64,000 nucleotides of DNA from Bacteroidia bacterium (GCA_026391315.1 JAPLDT010000088.1:6222-70221), one strand, 5' to 3'; numbered from the stretch's first letter, positions 30,229 to 38,965 are shown. Notes: generated by a model from the sequence alone, not told the origin. Program-made: numbers and translations.

Positions 30229-30519
30229 TTATTTTTGCATTTTTAATAATCTTGCTGAATGATGTATCCGGACTACACCAATGTATTTACGGTGAATCTT
30301 ATAGATGATACGATAGCTGCCTTCAATTAGTTCTCTCAAGGATCTCTTCCCATATTCAGGTACGATCCTTCCTGACTCGGGAAACTGTTCAATCTGATCA
30401 ACCCGAGAAATAAGCTTTTCTACCAAATTGTTTGCATACGCATGAGACTCTTTTGAAATGTAATCGTGAATGTTTCTCAGGTCATCAATTGCAAGTTCTG
30501 TCCAAACAATTTTCACCAT
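30229..30519 (-). CDS. ParE/RelE-family type II toxin
   Basis: 96 aa. It shows IVWTELAIDDLRNIHDYI...FPESGRIVPEY...RELIEGSYRIIYKI...VVRIHHSAR. Confidence 0.8.
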   Translation of the reverse strand: MVKIVWTELAIDDLRNIHDYISKESHAYANNLVEKLISRVDQIEQFPESGRIVPEYGKRSLRELIEGSYRIIYKIHRKYIGVVRIHHSARLLKMQK

Positions 30520-30686
30520 TTTGAAACTATCTCTTTAACTTTGTTATGAGGAACGGTTTTTCCCTGTTCCAATTCTATTAGACCTTTCTCGACCTTTTCC
30601 ATAAAAATTAGTTTTTCAAACAAACTTTCAAGTTCAAAATCAGGAGGAAATTCTCTAATGGCATCAATCACAAGTTCCTTTTTCAT
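30513..30686 (-). CDS. Small antitoxin candidate paired with ParE
   Basis: Own translation gives MKKELVIDAIREFPPDFELESLFEKLIFMEKVEKGLIELEQGKTVPHNKVKEIVSKW. Its stop overlaps the toxin start (ATGGTGA). It is below the ORF-track length cutoff. Confidence 0.6.
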   Translation of the reverse strand: MKKELVIDAIREFPPDFELESLFEKLIFMEKVEKGLIELEQGKTVPHNKVKEIVSKW

Positions 30687-30720
30687 GTTTATATTTTGTT
30701 TTTTAATTGTCGGTTATCTA

Positions 30721-30750
30721 TTTCACGAATTATTACGAATTACACGAACG
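30721..30750 (-). repeat. ACGAAT-triplet motif
   Basis: The plus strand reads TTTCACGAATTATTACGAATTACACGAACG. It lies 34 nt upstream of the ParE-antitoxin start. Confidence 0.9.
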
Positions 30751-30770
30751 GGAGATCGGTAGTCGAGGTT

Positions 30771-31166
30771 TTATATTGAAGATGTTAAGTATTCAAGAAT
30801 TTTAAGGTAAAGTTCTTCGGCATATTTGAAGTTGGTTTCAACCTCTTCGCGAATGGGAACTATGTACCTCGGGCCAGGATAGCGATCTGTCTCGTAATAA
30901 TCACTGATAACTATAATAGCATCTATTTTAGATTTGTCAATTTGAATCTTCTCACAAACAAAACGAAATAGGATTGTTAAGGAATGTGTCCTGGGAATTG
31001 CAATACTGTGATATGCAAACACTGCTTTAAAAGATTTCTCGATAGTTTGATGTATTTCTAAAGCAATACTGTCAGTATAATGATTCTCTCTGATCAATAA
31101 TCTGGCTGTGTCCAAATTTTTCTTTGCCAGATTTAGCCACTCTAATGCGTACGCTTGATTAGGCAT
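30771..31166 (-). CDS. HEPN-domain protein (HepT-like toxin candidate)
   Basis: I start it at the internal Met (MPNQAYALEWL), which gives an ATGCCTAA 8-nt overlap with the upstream MNT gene. A conserved PRTHSL motif is present. The ORF track extends it to 31211. Confidence 0.7.
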   Translation of the reverse strand: MPNQAYALEWLNLAKKNLDTARLLIRENHYTDSIALEIHQTIEKSFKAVFAYHSIAIPRTHSLTILFRFVCEKIQIDKSKIDAIIVISDYYETDRYPGPRYIVPIREEVETNFKYAEELYLKILEYLTSSI

Positions 31167-31485
31167 AAATGGTTTTACCCTTGGTGTAAATCTCTTTATA
31201 GAATAGATCACCTAAATTAATTCTTTCCAGAATCCTCTTTTCGTTGTCAACAATAATATCGAATGAATAGTCGAGTTTGCCTAGTTTGACCCATAAAGCT
31301 TTTTTCAAGGTAATTCTAAAATCGCGTGTTTCATTTGCCGGGATGTTTTTTATAACCAAAAGATCAATATCACTGGACTCATTGGGTGTACCATAGGCAT
31401 ACGAGCCGAAAAGGATGATTTTCTCTACCCCATATTGTGTAATGATGGAAGTAACTTCTTTTAGTATTTTGTCTGGATTGGTCAT
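31159..31485 (-). CDS. Minimal nucleotidyltransferase (MNT/MntA-like antitoxin candidate)
   Basis: 108 aa. The NTase motif is LFGSYAYGTPNESSDIDLLV. Confidence 0.75.
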   Translation of the reverse strand: MTNPDKILKEVTSIITQYGVEKIILFGSYAYGTPNESSDIDLLVIKNIPANETRDFRITLKKALWVKLGKLDYSFDIIVDNEKRILERINLGDLFYKEIYTKGKTIYA

Positions 31486-31503
31486 TTAACTTCTGATAAA
31501 AGA

Positions 31504-31584
31504 TTTCACGAATCCCGAATCGCTCCGCTCTCGGGACGAATTCCATTAAAAACAATTTCACGAATTAAAACGAATTTCACGAAT
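31504..31584 (-). repeat. Composite of ACGAAT words with an embedded CCCGA...TCGGG hairpin unit
   Basis: The sequence is TTTCACGAATCCCGAATCGCTCCGCTCTCGGGACGAATT + CCATTAAAAACAA + TTTCACGAATTAAAACGAATTTCACGAAT. The same modules recur in swapped order at 32157-32248. Confidence 0.85.
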
Positions 31585-31778
31585 GGGATGAGGGGGTAAT
31601 GTAAATTACAATCCTTCAATTGCATTAGCCGGAATTATTCGGTGAATGTAAACTATGGAGCCAAAAATGGCAAATATTATAACCATTTCATGTGTATAAA
31701 ATTTGTTTTTTAATTGCCACATGGAATACCCACATATTCATTTTCGGTTGGTGTGAAAATATCCTCATGGGTATTTCT

Positions 31779-31973
31779 TTATAGTTTATGCGCTTTGTGT
31801 TTTGTCCGTATTTTAGTAATTGTGGTCGTGTATAATAAGGCAATGTTTCGTACGTCTACTCCGTAATGATTACTTAGTTTATCCCATACCTTGTCCCATA
31901 CTTCATTATGCGATAAAGCGGTACAGTTTTGTAAATCTTCGGGTAAAGGATATTCAATTGCAGCTACTTTCAT
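31779..31973 (-). CDS. Hypothetical small protein
   Basis: 64-aa ORF with no recognisable family. It shares its 105-nt upstream leader with the DUF2283 gene at 32344-32538. Confidence 0.35.
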   Translation of the reverse strand: MKVAAIEYPLPEDLQNCTALSHNEVWDKVWDKLSNHYGVDVRNIALLYTTTITKIRTKHKAHKL

Positions 31974-32073
31974 TCGTAAATATATTTGTTAAATTATTAT
32001 ATATCAGTATGTACTCATGGAACTCGCAAATGGATTTACATCGCCTTTTGTTAACTTAGCCCATGCTCGTTTC
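31969..32073 (-). repeat. 105-nt duplicated leader, copy a
   Basis: By eye it is about 80 percent identical to 32534-32638. It ends exactly at the start codon of the 64-aa gene. Confidence 0.85.
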
Positions 32074-32147
32074 TTGTGTTTTTCGATTTCGCGTACTAAT
32101 TTACGTCCGGTTGGGCTGTCGATATTTATGCGAGCTGTAACTTCCAT
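32004..32147 (-). CDS. Hypothetical small protein (47 aa)
   Basis: Own translation gives MEVTARINIDSPTGRKLVREIEKHKKRAWAKLTKGDVNPFASSMSTY. An ACGAAT-triplet motif lies 9 nt upstream of its start. Its 3' two-thirds lies in the duplicated leader, so coding status is doubtful. Confidence 0.25.
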   Translation of the reverse strand: MEVTARINIDSPTGRKLVREIEKHKKRAWAKLTKGDVNPFASSMSTY

Positions 32148-32156
32148 GATGTTAAT

Positions 32157-32248
32157 TTTACGAATGCCACGAATTTAAAACGAATTCCATTAAAAACAAT
32201 TTCACGAATCCCGAATCGCTCCGCTCTCGGGACGAATTAGACGAACGG
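32157..32248 (-). repeat. Composite of ACGAAT words with an embedded CCCGA...TCGGG hairpin unit (second copy)
   Basis: It shares CCATTAAAAACAATTTCACGAATCCCGAATCGCTCCGCTCTCGGGACGAATT with 31504-31560. Confidence 0.85.
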
Positions 32249-32343
32249 GACGAGGCAGATTTGTGTGGATTACTATGTTTTTTGTTAGTGATATTGTACA
32301 AAGTGTGTTCGTGCAATTGGTTTAAAATTAGTGGAATTAGTTT

Positions 32344-32538
32344 TTAAGCAACTTCATAAAGAATCCCTTTTTCTTGTTCCATTTTACTTGAAGCATTCAG
32401 AATTTCAATGCCTACTATTTGGCCATCTTCCGCATAATCAAGTATGATGTCAGGCTTTTCCTGATCACTTTCTGCTATTTTCTGAGAAGAAAAACTGATG
32501 TAGACTATATCAGTTTCTTTGTCATATTTGATTTTCAT
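32344..32538 (-). CDS. DUF2283-family small protein (antitoxin-like partner)
   Basis: 64 aa. MKIKYDKETDIVYISFSSQKIAESDQEKPDIILDYAEDGQIVGIEILNAS matches the DUF2283 pattern I know (KIxYDxExDxLYIxL...GxxVGIEIL). Confidence 0.65.
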   Translation of the reverse strand: MKIKYDKETDIVYISFSSQKIAESDQEKPDIILDYAEDGQIVGIEILNASSKMEQEKGILYEVA

Positions 32539-32638
32539 TCGTAAATATTATTAGTAAATTATTAAATTTCAGTAAGTACTCATGGAACTCGCAAATGCAC
32601 TTATATCGCTTTTTGTGACATTAGTCTTTGCTCGTTTC
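32534..32638 (-). repeat. 105-nt duplicated leader, copy b
   Basis: By eye it is about 80 percent identical to 31969-32073. It ends exactly at the start codon of the DUF2283 gene. Confidence 0.85.
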
Positions 32639-32893
32639 ATACTTTTCTATTTTTGATGTTTTATAAGCTGTAACAACCAAGGGTGGGTTTTTTGAGTTAT
32701 TAACAAATATTCTGTAAAGATATGGTTTGTCGATTTCAATGACAATTTTTTGATAGATATCAATATTTCCCGATTTTATTATTTTCTTCTCTTTTGATTG
32801 TAGAATTTCCTCTATTATTTGTTTTGAAAGGGATCGGGCCTCAATCTGATCAATTACATGATTTGAAAACTGAAATATCTGTTTTAATGACAT
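32621..32893 (-). CDS. DUF4258-family protein (BECR/RelE-like toxin candidate)
   Basis: 90 aa. It shows FSNHVIDQIEARSLSKQIIEEIL...LVVTAYK, the pattern of DUF4258 proteins that commonly pair with DUF2283. Confidence 0.55.
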   Translation of the reverse strand: MSLKQIFQFSNHVIDQIEARSLSKQIIEEILQSKEKKIIKSGNIDIYQKIVIEIDKPYLYRIFVNNSKNPPLVVTAYKTSKIEKYETSKD

Positions 32894-33162
32894 AGATTAA
32901 ATCATTCAATTAATATGAAACGAAGTTTGATGAAAATAATTACTTGAATGAATTAATAAAGATTTGTGAAGCCTTATTTTCTCAGATTAATCTTAGTTGA
33001 AAATTGGAGAGGATTGAATCTGAATCTTATTATATTATTTTTGAACAATCGCTCTTTCCGTCCGAAAATAGGTTACCCGCTTTTTATAAAATGCTACCGC
33101 GGACCGTGCATCTTTCATATTCCCAACCCTATATTTTTTGTTTGGTGATATTATCATAAATG

Positions 33163-33187
33163 CGTTCGTGTAATTCGTGAAATTCGT
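33163..33187 (+). repeat. ACGAAT-triplet motif, inverted orientation
   Basis: CGTTCGTGTAATTCGTGAAATTCGT is the reverse complement of the motif seen elsewhere. It is preceded by TATATTTTTTGTTTGGTGATATTATCATAAA, which is shared with 36375-36405. Confidence 0.85.
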
Positions 33188-33364
33188 TCTTCATTAGAGT
33201 TGTTTGGAAATCAACAACAAAGAGAAAAGGGTCATTGTAGCAGAGGTGGAATTGAGTTTATTCAAAAAATTAGCCCAAATTAAAACCACAGAACTTGAGC
33301 AAAAGATTATCTTTCGACCACCCCTAATTACAAATCCGCGCCAGTGGTATTTTTTTGTATTTTA

Positions 33365-36307
33365 TTACAACTGTTTGGACAAAATCAGAAGGGTGAAAAT
33401 TGCTGTTGTAGCTGCTAACGTACGATTCCAGAAATCGTTCCAATTCATTTTTTCATTGGCAACCTTTGGCTCTTTTGGGGGTTTAAGATGCATGCTTACC
33501 GTTGCGCCGGTTTCAACCTGAGGGTATTTTTTGAAGAGCCAGAGAATAGATTTTGTTGATTTCATCTGCCCGTTTTTGAGCGTAACGGTTACACTCTTCT
33601 TGTCGGCATCTTTGATGAAGCCCCCGGCATAATTTTTGACGTACCATTTGGCTGAATGGTTGCCCTGGTAGACAATGTTCAGGCTGGCGCCACCCTCCTG
33701 CCTGAGCCGAGTGCCGGTCGATTCGATGGTGATGGTGTTTTCCAAGCGGTTGATGTTGATTATATCCCCTTCGAAAAGGATGGGGTCAATTCTTTTGTTC
33801 CCACTGTGATTTATTGCTTTTTTTACGTCTATTGTTATAGATCCTCTGTTGTTGTAGGTACGGAAAAGACGACTTCCTTTGGCATCGGCGCTGGGAAGAA
33901 GACCTCCTGCTCTATTAATGATCGCACTTAATTGTGTTTGCTTCGTATCCAATTGGTAGATCCCGGGATAGGCAATTTCACCTGTAATTTCGATGTATCT
34001 TCCCATCGTAAAACCCGGGGTTAACCTGACAACAACGTAATCATACGGTTGAAGTGTAAAATAGGCGGGGGTAAGGACCTTGTAGGTACTATCCACCTCC
34101 AATTTTATGACTTCCAATTTTACCGGCTCTTTGGGAGAAATGTGCGTCCGAAATACTTCAATTTTGTTAAATGCTGCTCCAAGGGTAAATCCTCCGCAGG
34201 CAGTGAGGATGTCGGGAATGGTGAGTGAACTGTCGTAAATGAAAGATCTTGGTGTTTTTATGGCGCCACTTACCTGTACCTCGCCGTTGTTGATGTACAG
34301 GGAGCTGTCGTACACATTCAGCTGGTCACCGGGTTGCAAAAGAATATTTTCAGATTTATCGAGTTCAATTCGGATGTATTGCATTCTCTGGGGGACTAAC
34401 AGGTCGCGACGAAAAATGTAGGCCACATTGGATGCTCCGGCCTTTAACCCTCCAGCAAGTTCAAGTGCATTTTTAATGGATACCCTGTCGGTAAAAGTAA
34501 AAGTTTGTTCGAATGGACTGCGCACAAAACCTGCAACAGCAATCCTATTTGTTTCGGTAAAGGTGTTTTTGTCAAAGATCATCAGTTGGTCACCGGGAAG
34601 CAGAACATAATCGTTGGAGGTCGCCAGTTCGAGTCGCAGATATTTTTTTTCCTTTGGATTCAACAAATTGTAGCGCAGTATATATGCAATGGGATAGAAA
34701 TCAATTTTTAAACCACCCGCCATTTCGATAGCCTGCTTCACCGTAAGATGGTCGGTAATGGCAAAACTTTTTTCAAACGGTGCACGAACATGACCGGTTA
34801 CGGATATACTGGCCACATCGCGAAAATTGGCCAATTCCGTTACGGCTACCTTGTCGCGGGGATAGAGTTGAAAGGTCTTGTTGGAGTCCCTTAAATTGTT
34901 GTAGTTGACGGAGAAACGCTCAATGGTCAAATCCTTGCGAATCCGCTCCACAAAGATCAGGTCCAGTTTGGCCTGTGGGGTCGGCTGGGCATTTTTCAAC
35001 AGAATATCGAGCGTGGGGTTGGCTGTTAAATCGAACCTGCCCGGGTAGAAGAGGCTTCCGGATATGTCGACAAACTGCTCGATCGGCTTGCCAATCGCCT
35101 TGGTGCGTATAATATCCCCGTTTTGAAGCGGGACAACAGTTTTGCCGGAAAGCACATCGGTAAGATTCCACTCCTGAAGCCGCACTTCGCCGTTGGAAAT
35201 GCGTTCGATCTGCACAAAGTCCGCATAGGTGTTTTCATTGATGCCACCTGCGAATTTGATCAGACTGGCAAGGGTTTCGTTGGGGAGCATCTCATATCGC
35301 ATGGGGCGTTTTACTGCACCTTCCACCCTTACCAGCTCCTGTGCCACCGGAACAAAGAGAATGTCGTTTTGCTGCAAATCGAACTTGAACTGGATGGTAG
35401 GGTCGTTCATAAATGCGTAGAGGTCGATGGTTTTGCGCTCATTGCCACGGATCAACTGGATGGCGCGCACCGAACCGATGTTGGTAACGCCGCCTGCCGC
35501 CGAGAGGGCATTGAAGGCCGAGTTGAGGGCCGAGAGGTTGAAGCCTCCTGTGAGCTTGGACTCGCCAAAGACATTCACCATGATAGTCCGTGCAGAGGCG
35601 ATGGTAAGGGCAAACTGGTCGGAATTGAAGGTATAGGAGGAGGAGAAACGTTCCTGCAACAGCTTTCTTGCCTGCAACAGGGAGAGCCCCTGTAAAAATA
35701 TTTTGGGCATCCCGGTAGGCTGTATGAATCCCTGACTGTTTACCGGCAACTGCATGTCCGTTTGAGAGGCGCCGAATATGGAGATACGGATTTCATCGCC
35801 CGCGCCCAGGATGTAGGTGTCGGGGGCACGGGAGCCGTCGGTGGTACGGAAGACATCGAGCGACTGGTCGGTAAAGAGGGAGTGGCCGTAGATGGCCCCG
35901 GGGTTGTCCTGTGCAGCCGCTTTCTGGGCTACTTTCTGTCCAGCTTCGGCAATGGCCTCTTCTTTGGTGGTAGCGGGCTCTTTGGGACCATTCACAGTGG
36001 GTATAACTGTAACAACAGTAGTGGGAGTTGTCACTTTGGTTGCGTTGCCGGCGGCAGCTTTTTTCTCTTTCTCCATCTCGTCGAGCACGGCCGTTATCCT
36101 GGCCTGGTATGTGGGCAGCTCGGCAGGGGGGATGTTCTCGATGTCGATCCCATTCTTCAGGAGCCGGGCTTTTACCTCCGCTTCGTTGAGCCCGCGCTTG
36201 GTGAGTTCGGCGTTGATCATGGTCTGAATGGCGGGGGTGGGCACATTCTGTGATTTAAGAGGTGGGGTTATTACAAGGAGTAATAGGATGAATAGAAGAT
36301 TCTTCAT
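33365..36307 (-). CDS. wza: Outer-membrane polysaccharide export protein, large multi-SLBB Wza/BexD family
   Basis: 980 aa. It has a signal peptide (MKNLLFILLLLVITPPLKSQ), Poly_export-like IYGHSLF...YILGAGDEI, and many repeated SLBB-like units (GxVxxPG...L..AI..AGG). Confidence 0.8.
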   Translation of the reverse strand: MKNLLFILLLLVITPPLKSQNVPTPAIQTMINAELTKRGLNEAEVKARLLKNGIDIENIPPAELPTYQARITAVLDEMEKEKKAAAGNATKVTTPTTVVTVIPTVNGPKEPATTKEEAIAEAGQKVAQKAAAQDNPGAIYGHSLFTDQSLDVFRTTDGSRAPDTYILGAGDEIRISIFGASQTDMQLPVNSQGFIQPTGMPKIFLQGLSLLQARKLLQERFSSSYTFNSDQFALTIASARTIMVNVFGESKLTGGFNLSALNSAFNALSAAGGVTNIGSVRAIQLIRGNERKTIDLYAFMNDPTIQFKFDLQQNDILFVPVAQELVRVEGAVKRPMRYEMLPNETLASLIKFAGGINENTYADFVQIERISNGEVRLQEWNLTDVLSGKTVVPLQNGDIIRTKAIGKPIEQFVDISGSLFYPGRFDLTANPTLDILLKNAQPTPQAKLDLIFVERIRKDLTIERFSVNYNNLRDSNKTFQLYPRDKVAVTELANFRDVASISVTGHVRAPFEKSFAITDHLTVKQAIEMAGGLKIDFYPIAYILRYNLLNPKEKKYLRLELATSNDYVLLPGDQLMIFDKNTFTETNRIAVAGFVRSPFEQTFTFTDRVSIKNALELAGGLKAGASNVAYIFRRDLLVPQRMQYIRIELDKSENILLQPGDQLNVYDSSLYINNGEVQVSGAIKTPRSFIYDSSLTIPDILTACGGFTLGAAFNKIEVFRTHISPKEPVKLEVIKLEVDSTYKVLTPAYFTLQPYDYVVVRLTPGFTMGRYIEITGEIAYPGIYQLDTKQTQLSAIINRAGGLLPSADAKGSRLFRTYNNRGSITIDVKKAINHSGNKRIDPILFEGDIININRLENTITIESTGTRLRQEGGASLNIVYQGNHSAKWYVKNYAGGFIKDADKKSVTVTLKNGQMKSTKSILWLFKKYPQVETGATVSMHLKPPKEPKVANEKMNWNDFWNRTLAATTAIFTLLILSKQL

Positions 36308-36318
36308 TTTATTATTTA

Positions 36319-36443
36319 TTTCACGAATTTAGACGAATTACACGAACGAGTTAATGATGATTCGTGTAGATTACTATATTTTTTGTTTGGGGATATTATC
36401 ATAAAGGGGTTCGTGTAATTGGTTTAAAATTAGTGTAATTAGT
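36319..36443. repeat. Palindromic element of about 125 nt: ACGAAT triplet, spacer, degenerate inverted ACGAAT triplet
   Basis: The left arm is TTTCACGAATTTAGACGAATTACACGAACG (11 nt upstream of the wza start). The right arm is GGTTCGTGTAATTGGTTTAAAATTAGTGTAATTAGT. A related copy lies at about 32200-32340 and a half copy at 33100-33187. Confidence 0.75.
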
Positions 36444-36552
36444 ATATAATCACAAACGAGATAATGATGATTTGTAAAATCTTATTTTTTAAAATTAATC
36501 TTAGTAGAAAATCGGAGACGGGTGAATCAAAATCTTATTATCTTATCTTTCA

Positions 36553-36621
36553 CCCTTCGGCTACGCTCAGGGACCGGTGCCTTTTTAAACTCTTCACCCT
36601 TCGGCTACGCTCAGGGACCGG
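36553..36621 (+). repeat. Two copies of the 25-nt repeat CCCTTCGGCTACGCTCAGGGACCGG, 44 nt apart
   Basis: The copies lie at 36553-36577 and 36597-36621 and are exact over the core. CCTAGTCATCC words follow. Confidence 0.9.
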
Positions 36622-36761
36622 TACTCGTCCTAGTCATCCTAGTCATCCAAGTCGTCCTAGTCCTTGCACAGCTTCGCCTCCTCAGTCCCATTTCTTTGCA
36701 AAAGGACTGCTATTTGCTTCTTAATAAATGTAGCCGGCAAAACCAGTGCGGTTAAGTCGGC

Positions 36762-37301
36762 TTAGTTTTTGTGCTGCCACAAAAGCAGCATATCTTTTTC
36801 GCTCATCTCCTGGTAAGTCGATTTGAACTGCAGCGTATTGATGAGTTTGTAACAGATGTCTTTTTGTAACAGGGGCTTAGCCTTTTTGATCAATGAATCC
36901 AGAAAATCGGTGTCAATATCGTTTCCGACCAGGAGTACGTCGATGTTGGGTCCGTCGCTTCCGTGCGCGAACGAGCCGGTAAGGTAAACTTCCTCTACCG
37001 ATCCAAGTTTTTCAATCACCTGTTCAAGTATTTGATCGATGCCCAAATGTTTGTGCAACAGATTTTTTATTTCCGGATATAATGGGTAGGAGGTGTTCGC
37101 GGAGTAGATCCTGCGGTTACCGGATTCATGGGCTACGATAAGGCCGGCCTGCTCGAAACGGTTCAGTTCCAGACGTATGGAATTGGTTGATTCGCCAAAT
37201 TCGCTCTCCAAACCACGCAGGTAAGCCTGGGTGCTGCTGTTGAGAAAAAACTTCAACAACAACCGTATTCTGGTCTTGGATGTTATTAGGTCACCGAGCA
37301 T
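36762..37301 (-). CDS. Winged-helix (ArsR-like) transcriptional regulator fused to a nucleotidyltransferase-like domain
   Basis: 179 aa. The N-terminal KTRIRLLLKFFLNSSTQAYLRGLESEFGESTNSIRLELNRFEQAGLI is a wHTH. The C-terminal EVYLTGSFAHGSDGPNIDVLLVG resembles a minimal NTase motif. Confidence 0.6.
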   Translation of the reverse strand: MLGDLITSKTRIRLLLKFFLNSSTQAYLRGLESEFGESTNSIRLELNRFEQAGLIVAHESGNRRIYSANTSYPLYPEIKNLLHKHLGIDQILEQVIEKLGSVEEVYLTGSFAHGSDGPNIDVLLVGNDIDTDFLDSLIKKAKPLLQKDICYKLINTLQFKSTYQEMSEKDMLLLWQHKN

Positions 37302-37515
37302 TCAACTTAGGTTAATTGAGTAGCTAAATTACTCATTTGGAGTTTTGGATGATTTTTTGAAATAATTACAAAAAATAGGTCAAAGATGGGATAAGGCAAG
37401 CAGAGTCGAAGAAATATTACACAGAGAAAAAATAACTATTAATGAAATATCTGTTTGGGATGGAAATTTATGCCTCCTGATAAATTTTAGAGGAAAACAC
37501 AGAGTTCACGGAGTT

Positions 37516-37536
37516 AAAAATCGCAAGCGATTTTTT
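37516..37536. terminator. Weak palindromic terminator-like hairpin between the wbpA-like gene and the regulator
   Basis: AAAAATCGC AA GCGATTTTT. The stem is short and AT-rich, so this is only suggestive. Confidence 0.25.
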
Positions 37537-37627
37537 CTCTTTGAATAATAATTTGCCCGGTCAGAGATGTCAATGACGCCTGATAAATGACATCTGATGC
37601 TAAAACAAGCAGATGAAATTCCCGTTT

Positions 37628-37653
37628 CCCCTTCGGCTTCGCTCAGGGACCGG
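37628..37653 (+). repeat. 25-nt repeat, single copy
   Basis: The sequence is CCCTTCGGCTTCGCTCAGGGACCGG. It lies 8 nt downstream of the wbpA-like stop. Confidence 0.85.
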
Positions 37654-37660
37654 AACGTTT

Positions 37661-38965
37661 TTATAGTTTGTAAACCTTATCGGATGCTATTTTCACGGCA
37701 TTACGGAGATCGACGATCAGTTTTGCATTTTTAAGGATATCGTCGATGTCGAAAACAGAGTGGCTGGTGGTAATGACTACACAGTCTGATTGTTGGAGCA
37801 GCTCAGAGGTAAGCGGCGCTGAATTGAAATGAAGGCCCCTGGTGGTGGCAATGGTTGGGATGTAAGGATCATGGTAATGAATGATCCCTCCTTTTTGGGC
37901 TACTTCGTCAATGATTTTAAGCGCCGGGGATTCGCGTTCGTCGTTAATATCAGGTTTGTAGGCTACTCCTAAAAACAATATTTTGCTTCCGTTAATCGCC
38001 TTTTGTTGTCGGTTCAGCGCGGACGCAATCTTAAGGGTCATCCGATGGGGCATCATCATGTCGATGTGGCCCGCGGTATGGATCATGGAGAGGTCGAAGT
38101 TGAATTTTTTGGCAATGTGTTCGAGGTAAAACGGATCGAGCGGGATGCAATGGCCGCCAATACCCGGACCCGGATAAAAGGCCTGGAACCCATATGGTTT
38201 AGTTTTGGCGGCATCGATTACTTCCCATATATCGATGTTCATTTTCCCGCACAACAGGGCCATTTCGTTGATCAGGCTGATGTTGATCAACCGGTAAGTA
38301 TTCTCCAGTATCTTCACCATTTCGGCAACCTTAGGGGAGCTTACAGGGTGAATCTGGTCAATGGCATAACCATAAATTGCCTTTCCCAACACCAATCCGT
38401 CATCTGACATTGCACCCAGTACTTTAGGGGTATTTCTGGTCCCGAATTGTTTATTTCCTGGATCGACCCGTTCAGGGGAATATGCCAGCCAAAAATCAAT
38501 TCCCTCTTTTAGCCCTGATTCCCTTTCCAGGATTGGCAACATGAAATCTTCGGTCGTGGTTGGATAGGTTGTACTTTCGAGACAGATAAAGGTACCCTTC
38601 TTCATGTTTTGACCTATCTCCCGACAAGCTGTTTCTATGAATTCCATGTTCGGTTTCTTGAACTGGTCGAGAGGAGTTGGCACGCAAATTAGTATGGCAT
38701 CACATTCGCTGATTCTCGAAAAATCGGTTGTGGCTTTGAAATATTTGTTTCCGACCGCTTCTGAGAGCTCCTGATCAGAAACATCTCCAATGTAGTTAAT
38801 TCCGCTATTTACTTTTTCAACTTTAGAAAGGGACTTGTCGAATCCAATGGTCATGACTTTCTTTTCCGCGAAGCTTACAGCAAGCGGTAGACCAACATAA
38901 CCGAGGCCGATGATGCCGACAGTGAAGTCGTTATTCGATATTTTTTGAAGTAAATTTGATTTCAC
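37661..38965 (-). CDS. UDP-N-acetyl-D-glucosamine (or -mannosamine) 6-dehydrogenase, WbpA/WecC-like
   Basis: 434 aa. It shows VGIIGLGYVGLPLAV and GGHCIPLDP. The only possible start is GTG at 38963-38965, inside the ACGAAT-triplet motif. Confidence 0.8.
   Translation of the reverse strand: MKSNLLQKISNNDFTVGIIGLGYVGLPLAVSFAEKKVMTIGFDKSLSKVEKVNSGINYIGDVSDQELSEAVGNKYFKATTDFSRISECDAILICVPTPLDQFKKPNMEFIETACREIGQNMKKGTFICLESTTYPTTTEDFMLPILERESGLKEGIDFWLAYSPERVDPGNKQFGTRNTPKVLGAMSDDGLVLGKAIYGYAIDQIHPVSSPKVAEMVKILENTYRLINISLINEMALLCGKMNIDIWEVIDAAKTKPYGFQAFYPGPGIGGHCIPLDPFYLEHIAKKFNFDLSMIHTAGHIDMMMPHRMTLKIASALNRQQKAINGSKILFLGVAYKPDINDERESPALKIIDEVAQKGGIIHYHDPYIPTIATTRGLHFNSAPLTSELLQQSDCVVITTSHSVFDIDDILKNAKLIVDLRNAVKIASDKVYKL

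Noticed and set aside
31606-31722. 38-aa hydrophobic minus-strand ORF (MWQLKNKFYTHEMVIIFAIFGSIVYIHRIIPANAIEGL) in the spacer after the MNT gene, as a possible small membrane toxin
   Set aside because: It is too short to support from sequence alone, and it has no partner RNA or conserved context that I can see. It is noted only as something to look at if transcript data exist.
30168-33364. Integron-like cassette array (small co-oriented TA cassettes separated by repeats)
   Set aside because: There is no intI integrase or attI in the window. The inter-cassette repeats are the genome-wide ACGAAT words, also found in front of housekeeping genes, rather than attC-like imperfect palindromes with a GTTRRRY core.
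33290-33364. Possible intrinsic terminator downstream of wza
   Set aside because: I found only 4-5-bp complementary stretches and no GC-rich stem followed by a T run on the minus strand.
35123-36253. Plus-strand ORFs of 163-190 aa inside wza (35123-35695, 35762-36253, 35892-36227)
   Set aside because: They are antisense to a well-supported 980-aa export protein in the most GC-rich part of the window. Their composition is low-complexity and Gly/Val/Arg-rich, typical of shadow ORFs.
36464-36755. Track ORFs 36464-36724 and 36522-36755
   Set aside because: They consist entirely of translated repeat units (PSATLRDR, LRLRSGTG, SHPSHPSRPS) in a spacer. The same applies to 39144-39551, 39203-39415, 39328-39714, 42566-42870, 42904-43218, 42926-43186, 59585-59821, 59857-60123, 45904-46359, 50861-51058, 50965-51303 and 62483-62749.
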